Position numbers and translations under genes: made by a program. Under the pieces are notes generated by a model. The model was not told where the DNA came from and did not search any database. It was given only the letters and a program-made list of their open reading frames with translations. Shown piece by piece: positions 26,517 through 38,730 of a stretch of DNA of 64,000 nt (position 1 is the stretch's first letter; every line of letters begins with the position of its first letter). This DNA is from Chrysomallon squamiferum (taxonomy: Eukaryota > Animalia > Mollusca), in the NCBI GenBank assembly GCA_012295275.1, contig CM022677.1:744001-808000 (forward strand), read 5' to 3'.

Positions 26517-26812
26517 TATTAAGTAAATAAATACAGGATAGTAACGTGATATTACCAGACATTAAGTAAATAAATACTGTACAATAACGTGATATATTAG
26601 CAATATTAAGTAAATAAATACTGTACAGTAATGTGATATTAGCAGCATTAAGTAAATAAATACTGTACAGTAACGTGATAGTAGCAGTATTAAGTAAATA
26701 AGTACTGTACAGTAACGTGATATTAGCAGTATTAAGTAAATAAATACTGTACAGTGACGTGATATTAGTAGCATTAAGTAAACAAATATGTACAGTGATG
26801 TGTGATATTAAT
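26517..26812. repeat. 42-bp minisatellite, about 7 copies, with internal palindrome TACTGTACAGTA
   Basis: Unit AGTATTAAGTAAATAAATACTGTACAGTAACGTGATATTAGC; ORF 26562..26774 has a 14-aa period. Confidence 0.93.
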
Positions 26813-27157
26813 CAAGACGTTAAGAACAATCCTGGAAACCTGGCGACATTAGTAGAAATCACAATAATATGTTTGAAGAGGTGATTCGCCCGCTCAGAAA
26901 GTTATTATCCTGGATCAATGGCATTGACGCCTCATTAATAGAAATAGAAATGATATTTTTTAATAAAGGACGGGCACGGTCACAAAATAAGAATAATAGC
27001 GAATAAAAAGAAGAATAATGAATGTTAAGAACAATCCTGGAACGATGACGGCCTCATTAATAGAAATATTAATTATTATTATTTTTTATTTGACATAGGA
27101 TATGAACACTAATTGCAATATTTAATAAAAGGCAAAATAATTGTTTTTTTTCGGACA

Positions 27158-29553
27158 ATGTTTTCAGACGTAGATCAAACATTGGTAAATTCCTGCACAA
27201 TAACAAGCAACTTATTGTAGTGTGCGTTGTAAGCTTTGTGATTTTATTTGGTGCATTAATATAAATAAGAAAAAGAAAGCAACAGTAGGGTAAAAAAAAT
27301 AAAAACACCGTTTATTTGAAGTTTACGGTCAACGATTGGCTAATAATAAGATACAAAAAAATATATAAATAAATAAATATATTTTAATAAAGATTGTTAT
27401 GTTCCTTTATTTTATTTTATTTGTTTTAAACATTATTTAATTTTTGTTTTTATTTATTTATTTATTTTTATTTATTTATTTATTTTCTTTGGGATTGTAT
27501 ATGCGGGAAAAATGCAGGATGATTGTCGGTCTTTACGGATTTACTTTTTTATTTGATGTTCGAAGAATTTTCGACAGAATTGGTGTAATCGCATTAAAAA
27601 AGTTGCTTAAAGTATTTCATTTTGTGAAGGAGAAAGGTATTACTATTTATTATTATAAATGTTAATGTGTTTGTATTTTTTCGTTTTATTTAATTATAAT
27701 TTAAAAGTCATAGACACCCGATTGAGAACAATATAACTTTATAAGAATATTTATTTATTTATTTATTTATTTATTGTTAATAATAACATTAGCCAGTGGT
27801 TAATGTGAACAACATAAACAACGTCATATAAAGAAGAAATCATGTTTAGTCTTTAATTTTGTTTTACCAATTACTAAATGATGTATCAGCCTGTTGGGGG
27901 CAACTTTTGAGTGGCCAGTAATTAAATTTGTTTTAAAATAAATTGACTTATGTAGCACACACCAAAGAAACACCACACAACAAGGCACAGAGAATTTGAA
28001 ATTATTATTATTATTATTATTTGGGGGTTTTTGTTGTTGTTTTTTGGAAATAAACTAGTAAAACTATTAAAAGGAAATATGCTAATTTTGTTTGACAGGT
28101 TGTTTTCTGTGAAGTAAGTTATGATTTATTATTTTTAAATATTTGCTGACTTGTTCTATAACTATGAAAATATTTAAATGATTTTTTAATACAAATTAAA
28201 GTTTATAATAGGTGGGGCCCTAAATATTTTCATATTATTTAAGCTAAATACCTGTGTAGCTCTATGTTAACATTAAAAACAAATAAAGATGAAAACACAT
28301 TTAGGAAATACATAACCAGGTTATTTTATATGCAGACACTGTAAAATATTAATAAAATTATTTGTTATAATAATATACAACGCATAAACACACACACACA
28401 CAGATAATTTGTTATCCTGTTTCTTATTTCCCATCTTTTCTTAATTGTCAATTTTAATTTATTTATTTACATTTTGTTTTGTTTTGTTGTAATTCCTTCT
28501 TTTTCATCTTCTTCTTATTATGATTACTACTATTTATTATTATTATGTTTTATTTTTATTATTATTTTTGTAATCTTTATTATTACTATCCATTATATTT
28601 TTCATATCATTACTAATAATTGTTTATTTTGGATGTTTTCCAGGCTATTTGGAGAAAATGTTCCAAATGGATTTAAAGAATGTTTCTGTGAAAATTCAGA
28701 TGTGACTGAAATATTTTATCAATTTCTCATCCAGCTACACAATCATTGACCAGAACCACTGTGTAGAGTGCAAGTGCTGCTGGAATACTGTAATACGGAT
28801 ATATCAATGGTTTACATGCAGGAACAAGAAGGAAAGGACAGAGCACCACTGAAGTCTGCAGTTTTGTGAAAACAAGCTGATGCTGGTAAAAACACTTCAT
28901 CTGCTACGCTGCAAAACAAAATAACTTGGCAGATGACTGCGATAGCAAAAATAACAGCCAGAAAGTTGAGCAGCAGGTAACATCTGAGTTTGCCGCTCTG
29001 AGAATGAAGCTGGATGTGAAGATAAAGAAAAGAGAGAGAACAAAACAGAGGCTGTAGCTGAAGCAGAACAAGATGAGACTCGGGAAGGCAACATTCATGA
29101 GAGTGATGTCAGCCACATTGACAGTTCGAAGGACCGAGCTAGTCCTGTACCTGATTCAGACAACACAATTCCAAGTTGTAAGTTTTTTAGCTTATTTTTA
29201 TTTCTTAGCAAATAAAATAAGTTTTATAGTAACAACTCTTTACTGATTGTAAAATAGCATAGTAATAATCATTTGTTTGCTATTGTTTTGTTGATTATTT
29301 AAATTATTATCATTATTATCATTATCATTATAATTAGAATGTACAAAATATATCAAAAATACCCCACACCCCTTTGTGTTTGAATAATCCAGTAACTGAT
29401 AACAGTAAAATTTAAATAATAACAGAAACATTAGTTATTTATTTTTAACAGTTTATTATTTTTATTAGTTTATTTGTATATTTTTATTTCCAGACTGCAG
29501 ATACAGTTGGTTAGTGAAGCACTGAGGATAAAGTTTGCTGCAGCTGGAATTAT

Positions 29554-29587
<34 letters not shown>

Positions 29588-32500
29588 GGCAGAACAGGTG
29601 CATCGATAGAGGTTGTTGTTATAGCAGTAGTATTGTAGTAATGTAGTTGTTACAGCATTAGTACTTGTAATAATACTACTACTTGTTGTATAATGTTGTA
29701 GAATTGATATTTGAGTAAAGAAATACAGGAACAGGAGTAATGGTGAAGAGAGTAAAAAAAATCACTTTTTTTTATTATGGATTGTAATTTTAGTAATAGG
29801 AGTATTATTTCAATAACAGTTACCCTAGTTGAATAAGGAATAATAGTAAATATTAGTTACAGTAATGATGGTAATAAAAGAAGCATGTAGTGTTGCAGTA
29901 AATGTAGTCGTAGCAGTGTTTTATTTATTTTATATTTTTTACAGTATTGTATTTATTTATTTATTTACTGAAACTAGGCAGTCACCCACCATTGTTACTC
30001 TGATTCAGACATGGACATTGAAGCCGACCACGTCCATTCTTAAGTTGGAGAGTCTTACACCAGTCACCAATCTCAACAGTCAAATATCAGGAGAAAAAAC
30101 AAATTGAAAAACTTGAACATGCTAAAACCAGGGAAAGAAAAACACTGTGCATGGCAAAGACAAAAGGCTTGAAGTTTAGCAGCAGGTGACTTAGTGTACT
30201 TCCATTAGCATTGTTTTATTTCTTTTTAGCTTGTATTTGTACTAGGAGTAACCACAACAGTTTCATTTTTAACTCACAAAAATTGAGCCAAGAAGTACTG
30301 CATTTCATTGTATTTGTATAAAGGAGTGATATTCAGTTATGTGTGAAATCAGTTCATAAAGAAAAACAGATTATTAATTTTGTTTAATGTGTTTCTGAAT
30401 GAAAAATTCTTCTATAGCTTTAATTATGTTATTCAAATTCATCTTTATTTTAGACATATTTGTTATCTCTCTAATCTATTTAGATTTAATTAATATTTTA
30501 TTTTTAATATTTACTTTATTTTATATATTTATTTTTTAAAATGCTGGCATTCAAGACTTCTCTGCGTGTAGATCATAAACATTTAAATTAATAGCAAATA
30601 TAGATCTGACCTTCATTCCAGTGAAGAGTCTAACTAGAAGAAGTAATTAGTTTAGATTTGGGATTAAATGCCTCTTTGTTTAATTTTTATTTATGAATTT
30701 GTTTTTGTTTTTTCTCTATGAAATATATTCCTGTCACAGTTTTAGGCTCAGCATAAATAATTATTAGTAGCCGGGATGCCTGCCAAAACAGTCTGCTAGA
30801 TCATTGTAGAAGTTCAAGATGACAGAGGAAATAAAAGAGAAATGTACTCAGTGAATACAGATAAAACGAACTGTAAGCTGGAAACCATTTTGAGTTTGTT
30901 AACTGTGGCTAATCCAGCTTTACTTCCAAAATTGCTAAATAAGTAATCTTGTGCAAGCTGAAAATAAATATTTCTGGTTTTGCAGGTGATTTTGAGAAAA
31001 AAAACTTGAAGCTGACAAATTCATCTGATCCAGTTACTAGTCAGACAGAGGAAATCAATAAAACAGAGAACTGTTCTCAAGTAAGTGGTCTTGATATGTT
31101 TTATAGCAATACTTTTTTTTTTCTTCTATATGTTTTAAAACGAGCCATAATAATAATTTTATGGGAAATATTAATTTCACACAGACTTAGTTAAAATGGT
31201 AGAATTCTCTTTATTTTGTTGTCTGTAATGCACGCCTATAAAAATTATATTTTTTATTAAGGTTTTAACTCATTAATTGTAAGGTTTGCTCAGGTAAAGG
31301 ATTTAGTCTTTTTTAAAGTTATTTTTGCTGCTTCTTGAATGTTGCCATTATATCCAGTCCGTATTAAAACATTGTTAATAATTTTCCATGACTGAAATTT
31401 TTCTTCCCAAAGATTTTATTGTGCAAATGAATCAAATGCTCCTAGCCTGAAATAGGTAAACAAAATAATCATTTAAATAATTTATGTTAAGATTTAGAAT
31501 GATAAACTTGATGCTCATTTTTTATTTATTGTTAATTTATTTTTATTTTATTAATTTTTCTTTCTATATTTGTTTATTTAGATAAATCTGGCTAACAAAA
31601 TCCACAAAATTGCCCAATCTTGAACAAATAGTAGGAAACAAGATAGTTGTTTAAATATAGCTATCATACCACCAGCACAAACTTTGGATCCAGCATTTCA
31701 GAGGATTTTCTTGACCAGCTTGGAAGACCTTTCATGTAATCAGATACAAGACAGATCGGAGGATTTTATACTTATGTGGTTTGCAGGGAAGGGATATTAA
31801 TGTTTTTTTGTTAGCTTTTGTTTTCTTTATCAGCTCAAATAGCATTTTAAATAAATTATTAAAAAATATATAATAGCAATAACAACAACCATCACCACAA
31901 CAAAACAACAATAATAATAAACTAAAATAAAACAAAAACCTGTCAAAACCAGTACTTCATTTCTTGATTCTGTTTTATAAAAAGTCCTCGATATTCCTGA
32001 AAAATGTACGTTCCAAATGCACAGCCATCAAGTTGGTGGTAATTATGTTATAAACTGCCATTGATCAGGAAGACGCAGATGTAAATCCTTACAACTGTTT
32101 CCTACCAGTCAAATATGAGATGACTCAGAGTTTATTAGTTTCAGTTTTACTGTTGCAGTGTCTGCATTATTTTGTTCAATTACTATTTTTTTAATCAGCT
32201 GGATCACTTCCTCGTTCAGGATTCAAATCTGTTAACTTTTGTTTTGTGTTAGAATAATATACATAAACTAACTGATGAACTGAATGATATTCACAGATAA
32301 TGTTTATTTTTTATGAATTTATTCAGCTGTCATTTACTGTTAGAAATTTTATTTTTTATTAAATATAACAAAAAGATCTGAAGGTATAAAGGACTTTTTT
32401 ATGGTTTGAATTAATTATATCATCACATTTTAAAATGTTAAATATTTGTAATTAATTGGAATTCTCTTGATCTTTTGGGATTAAAAGATTATTATTCTGG

Positions 32501-33480
32501 ATAAATGTATTATTAACTTACATATTTAATCAGACCTAAAATTAGGTGTATAGAATCAGTTCTAAGTGTTCCAAAAAAGTAAAGTAATCAAAATGACTGA
32601 ATTCACATACCTAGTGCAGAATGATATTAACATTTTGTTATTAGAACTGAAAAGCTTTGGTATCTATTAGTAAACTAATAAAGGACAGAACTTATTTAAC
32701 TAAAATGCCTGTCATTTTTATAGGCTGGTGACAATGAATTCTTTTCAATTTACAGGTGGAAACTGTCAAGTCCATGTCAGATTTTGTATTTCTTTTAAAC
32801 ACTTGGTCAAAGACAGAGTTTTTCAGATCTCACAGTACAAGGCAGGTCAGTGCTGAAGATTCAGAGGAGAATTCACAATTTTATGGATTTCAGCATAGAG
32901 AAATATTAGTGGTATTTGTATTATTATTATTATTACATTTTCATGGTATGTTTGTATTGCTTAACTTTTAAATATTTGATTTAATCAATGCAATCTTCTT
33001 GTTTAGTATTAGAAAATCTTTCATAAAGAAATATTTTTAAATATGTTTATGAATTTAATTATGAAAGACAATTTTTCTTTTTAAATTGACCAGAATGTAA
33101 ATTTTGTAGTGATACTTTTTCATAAATATATATTTTTTGTTTAAATTATTTGTGATTTATTATTAAAATTTATTACAATAAGAGACAGATGATATTTATT
33201 TATAATATTTCTTTCTAACATTACAGGCAATTAAACACAATCAAAAAATACTTATTATTCTATTAAATTTTATTATTTAATCTACAGGAAAGACAAGATT
33301 CTGGAATCAACTTCAGTTACAAGAATAGGGAGAAGAATTTAAACAGATGAAGTATCTACTGATATGGAACAATTATTATTCACAAAAGATGGATTTTTCT
33401 TTCCAAAGCAGTTTTCAGAGAAAATGTTGACAGTACACATCAGTGTTGACTGATTATTCTCCAGTAGTTAACAGTGGATG
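27158..33480 (+). pseudogene. Decayed multi-exon gene, N-terminus resembling the TIN2/TINF2 TRFH-like domain (tentative)
   Basis: Exon-like blocks 27493-27636 (GLYMREKCRMIVGL) and 28644-29177 (FKECFCEN..TEIFYQFLIQLHNH*PEP, then acidic low complexity); further AG/GT-bounded blocks near 30986-31080, 32756-32844 and 33289 onward; stops present. Confidence 0.4.
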
Positions 33481-34000
33481 ATTCTTGGTTATTATGGAAG
33501 GGAACAAAAACTTCCACTGTAATGACTAATGACACTGCAAAAGCTATGTGTGTTTCAACATTACAAATAGAAGAAATGAAAATATGTGGAGCAATGATAT
33601 TTACAGATAGACATTAATGTTGTTTTCATAAACAATATTAGCAAGTTTAGAGCTACTATAAGTGATTTAAAGGAAAGTAGAGATGATTGACAGAGATATG
33701 AGACTGACTGTCTGATGAAAGGTTAACAGGTAAAAAGATACACAGAAAGAAAAGAGGGAGATATTATTGATAGACTGATAGTCAGATCAGTAGAAGTTAA
33801 CAAGTAAATTGATAGATGTAGATGAATTGAGGCAGATAGTTAAACATGTCAGTGTCTATCTATCTATTCTGTGTTTTCTTCTTTCTGTCATGTGTGTTTG
33901 TGTGCCAGGCTGAGAGTGTAGACATACAGTAAAATACATAGGTTGTAATGTAGCTATCTAGGCATAATTGTTATGTATGTAGGTAGTTTGACAGGGAATT

Positions 34001-34015
34001 AGCAATACGTAACTG
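34001..34015 (-). other. Oxford Nanopore ligation adapter remnant at contig end
   Basis: AGCAATACGTAACTG is the reverse complement of the adapter end CAGTTACGTATTGCT. Confidence 0.9.
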
Positions 34016-34215
34016 NNNNNNNNNNNNNNNNNNNNNNNNNNNNNNNNNNNNNNNNNNNNNNNNNNNNNNNNNNNNNNNNNNNNNNNNNNNNNNNNNNNNN
34101 NNNNNNNNNNNNNNNNNNNNNNNNNNNNNNNNNNNNNNNNNNNNNNNNNNNNNNNNNNNNNNNNNNNNNNNNNNNNNNNNNNNNNNNNNNNNNNNNNNNN
34201 NNNNNNNNNNNNNNN

Positions 34216-34245
34216 TTGTTATACTTCGTTCAGTTACGTATTGCT
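34216..34245 (+). other. Oxford Nanopore ligation adapter remnant at contig start
   Basis: TACTTCGTTCAGTTACGTATTGCT matches the ONT adapter top strand AATGTACTTCGTTCAGTTACGTATTGCT. Confidence 0.95.
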
Positions 34246-34472
34246 AGTAGATTATTTTTTGCAATAAAAGAAATATTTGTAATGCTGGAATATCTTCACG
34301 GACAAATATGGTAAGGAGATATACTCTTCTTATTAAGGAAGGGTTTATATAATTAGGGAAGTTCCATTATTTAATAAACTTAAAACACTGGGGGTTTAAG
34401 TAACTCTTAATTGGTATTGAAAGCTTCAAAATAAATTCAGAAAGGCTATCTGCAGAGCTGTAGCTATGGGTG

Positions 34473-34516
34473 TATAAGTAGCGGCACGCGTTTTGAACGA
34501 CATCTCTTTGATCAGT
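34473..34516 (+). promoter_or_regulatory. Putative host Pol II core promoter (TATAAGTA plus downstream TCAGT) at the LINE-A insertion site; copy at 46010-46053
   Basis: TATA-like 34473-34480; the reconstructed empty site continues to ATG|GTAATT at 43838-43846. Confidence 0.4.
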
Positions 34517-35058
34517 CAGAGTCTCATTATTGAACCGTCCTTTTTTTCGTGAGATTCGCTCGGTCAGATTCGCTCAGATTCGCTTCAAAGTTTCCGTTTT
34601 ACTACACAAGGAATAATTGTTGAATTTTCTCACTTGGGATTGCCTTTCATTTATTCTTGCAAATTCGTTCCATTTTGTGCACTTGATACGAATACTTGGG
34701 AAAAAGCGCTCTTAGGATTACGTTATACACGATCGCCAAACAGCAAAAGTAGTGAGATCCCTGACCAATCAACGACGAACTAGCTTCAGCCAGTAGAAAT
34801 CCAGTCTCAACAACAACCTGTCGACCAAGCAAATTCGAGATATCTCCAACCAATCAGAATCCACAGTCCCAACAGCAACCCGACGAGGGAAGGAACAAAC
34901 ATTACTGCCAGCAATCGGGGATTATTTGTTTATCTGTTAAATTTCCCAAATTAGGATTCCACTTCAAATTCGAGCTTAGAACATTCGACATCAAATTTGG
35001 TAAGAAAAGGAATCCTATCCTCCCAGCACGTCATAATCACTTTCCTAGCTCGAAACTT

Positions 35059-36803
35059 TAAAACTCCTCTTATCTCTCCATCTATCAACCTCAAACCCTC
35101 TCCCCAGTGCTAATTTTAAATAGATAACTTTGTTTATTGCTCTTTTCTGTAGTGTCATTACTGTTGAAATTTTAATTATATTGAATATTTAATTTATTAA
35201 AAAAAAAAAAAAAAAAAAAAACGTGATGTAATACCCCCTGAAATGCTAACTATACACGTGCCTCTATGGAATGAACTTTTTTCTTTGTTATTTGTTTCTC
35301 TTCATATTTTTATGATATCCAAGACATGAAGCTCTGTGACAGTCAATTTGTTAGCGACAGGACAGACACAGTTTAGTGAATATCAGAAAATAGTTACAAC
35401 AGACGACAACGTACAAATAACCGCATTACAGCGTCTGCATTGATACTACTACCGATCCAACAACGACAACAACCTCAACCATAACAACAGCAAGAACTAC
35501 TACAACTATTATTGAAATTACCGCCTCTACTACTAATTCCGCAATTACTGCTACTAACACTGCTTGATACTTCTAATAATAATAAAAGTAGTAGTAGTAA
35601 TAATAATAACAATAATATATGTATGTATGTATGTATGTTTGTATGTATGTATGCATGTATGCATGTGTTATTTTATTCTAGTACAGACAAAATGGTTATT
35701 GGTAATTTCAATTGTTTTGCGAAGGAGTTTGACTTTTCATATAATTTAAAATTTCACTGCTACCTCTTTTTCTTTCCTTCATCCATTGATATAAAAGAGA
35801 ATAAAATTAAATTAAAAATATAATAATAAATATTAATGAAAATAAAAATAAATGTAATAATAGTAAAGAAATAATAGAAACAGAAATAAAAATAGAGGGA
35901 AAAAATGAAGAAGAAACGTACAGAAATTCTGATGACAAGGAAACATAGGGGAAATGAAAATAATAAAACAATTAATAATAAATTACAAAAAAAAGAAAGA
36001 CTGCAAACAAGTCAAGATGATAATGGAAATGGTTTGGGCGAAATTAGTTAAATATTTTATATTGACTTTTCAGTAAAAGTTCTTAATATCTTTTGAAGAA
36101 GAGGAAGTAGCTAATAAAAATAAGTTTTTTTTTTTTTTTTTTTTACGTTCATAACATTTGAGTCGACTTGCATATATTGTTAGACTTTCCCCTGATGCAG
36201 TGAATTCATTTATTGACTTTTATTTCAAGTTCTAAAAATGTATATTTATGGAAAGAATGTAGAGAATGTACGGAAAAGAGAATACTGAAATAAAGAAAGA
36301 ATGAAAGAAAGAATGAAAGACAGACAGAATGAAAGGTAGAAAGATAAAAAGAAACAATAAATATATCGTAGAATTGAAAAAAAAAAGTTAATTATGTTAA
36401 CTTAAAAAAGTTGATTTTAATGTAATAATAGTATTGATGATGATAATAATAATGACGATGATGATCATGTTGATAAACAATTAATAGTATTCTAACATGC
36501 CTGTTTGACATCCATTTAAGAAATGAGCCAGTTCACTGCCAAGTCAACCAAATAACAGCTAGAGTAGACACACAGTTTTAGTGTTGGGTGATAAAGAGTT
36601 GTCTGCTTCACGGATCACTAAACACGTGAAGAACCTCACTGATTATTAATTTCGTGCGTCGACAATTATTTCAAATGTCGTGCATGATTTCATCTGCGTT
36701 TGCGTGTGTTTTCGTATTAAACAAAAAATGATGCCAGACAATAACTAACAACAACATCAACAACAGCAGAAGCAACAACAACAACAACAACGGCAACAAG
36801 ACC

Positions 36804-36858
<55 letters not shown>

Positions 36859-38240
36859 GTAATAATAATATTCATTAAGATGATCAAGACGATTATGATA
36901 AATTCAGAAACAAAAATAAATTAATAATGAATAAATAAATAAATCAATAAATAAATTAAATAAATAAAATAAAAATACAATGTAAACGATGGGACATCAG
37001 TCTTTTCCGAAATGTTTGGCAATCACCAAGTTCAGTAGAGTTGTCTACCCTAAATAAAGACAGTCCATTGCTCTCCTTTTCAAAGAATCAAATAAATAAG
37101 TATACACACAATAACAGTCCTAATAACGATTAATATTTGCAGTTTCATTTCAGTGGATAAACAATCATTAGTTAAAATGCTCCGTATCACAGCTTAGTGG
37201 TTTTTTTCTACATTTTGTCGACGTTTATATCGTAAATACTTTTTTGGTATCTAAATAAACGTTATTTAAAACACTACATTAAGCAAGACTGCACAGATAT
37301 GTACTTAGCCAGAGAGGGTTACGAGATTTTACTTGAAACGGTATGACTTTTTTTGGGGGGAGGGGGTTGAAATATTTATCATGTTATGAAATGAATTATG
37401 AAATAAGCCTCAGTCTGTGGTGGTTTTTAGAATGTTGACAAGTTAATCGAATGCAACAGAAAGAAAAGTGGCATGATACTGTGGACAATTAAACTATATT
37501 TTTTCCGTTTATTTATCCGCCCATCCTTCTGTCATCCATACACCCATCCATCAGTCACTCTCAGTCTGTCTTGGTGTGTATGTGTCTGTGTGTGTGTCTG
37601 TCTGTCCATCTATCTATCTCTCTCTCGCTCTCTATCTATCTATCTATCTATCTCTCTATTTACCTATTTGTCTATCTCTCTGTATGTCACTCTATCTGTC
37701 TATCTATCTGACTTTCAGTCTGTGTATTTCTGTCTTTCTCTCTGTCAGTCTTTCTGTCTGTCAGTCTTTCTGTCTGTCTGTCTATCTATCTATTCATCTA
37801 TCAAATCTGTCTCCAACTATTCTAATCTGTCTATCAAACCTCTGATACATGATAAATTTTGCAGTTTCGTTCACAATGATGAACCTATTCTTCAAGACAG
37901 AGATTTCAAATTCTCGTCAGCAAAACTTTCTGTTTTCATTTAGCTCGTGGAAAGATAAAGCTAAAAGTTTAATTTACTTTAGCTGCAAACAGATCTTCCC
38001 AGGCGGTTTATCTTTTACATTTTCCGTCTTCTTCCAACAGTCCGTCTCGCGACTGTTGGACGACACATTATTCCACACCCGGCTGTCTGATGAGATCACC
38101 TTCGTCAGGGCCGAGTCGGACAGCTCACTCATCAAACTGGGTACGAGCATGGAACTGATGCCCAACCCCACAGAGTGTCAAAGGTGTGTGTCACACTAGA
38201 GAGGTGTACAAAGGAACCTCATGAAAGGAGAGGACCCACA
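35059..38240. other. ~3.2-kb AT-rich non-LINE segment inside LINE-A ORF1, with an exon-like block at 38041-38182; copy at ~46583-49770
   Basis: Similarity to the 8247-10718 copy stops at ~35058 and resumes at ~38241. Confidence 0.7.
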
Positions 38241-38503
38241 CCCGCAAAACCCACAAATCCCGATAACCCCATCGAACAGGCTTACTCGCAGGACAAAACA
38301 AGTAGCCAAGCCATCCATAGACAAATGGACAAGACGGTGGCTTACGGCACCTGGGGGGATACACTTTCAGTGCAGAACCCCTAAAACAGACAAACATAAA
38401 AAAACAAAAACAAAAAAGAAACAGAAACTAGTCACGGAAACAACAAAACAGACACCAAACAGAAACGATTTCTTAGCAACACCAACCAAAACAAATCCGA
38501 CCA

Positions 38504-38730
38504 CACAGAGACAAAATACAAGCACCGACATGACAGCCCCACGAAACAAACTCCCCAACACTCACCCAAAGTAGTAATCAACACAGAGACAGAAATACAA
38601 GCACCGACATGACAACCCCACGAAACAAACTCACCAACACCCCCCCAAAGTAGTAATCAACACAGAGACAGAAATACAAGCACCGACATGACAACCCCAC
38701 GAAACAAACTCACCAACGCTCCCCCAAACT
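38504..38730 (+). repeat. 79-bp tandem repeat x3 in LINE-A ORF1 (also ~50033-50260)
   Basis: CACAGAGACAGAAATACAAGCACCGACATGACAACCCCACGAAACAAACTC unit repeated. Confidence 0.9.

Noticed and set aside
34000-34246. Perfect 16-bp inverted repeat across the gap, resembling transposon TIRs
   Set aside because: Matches the Oxford Nanopore adapter; artefact
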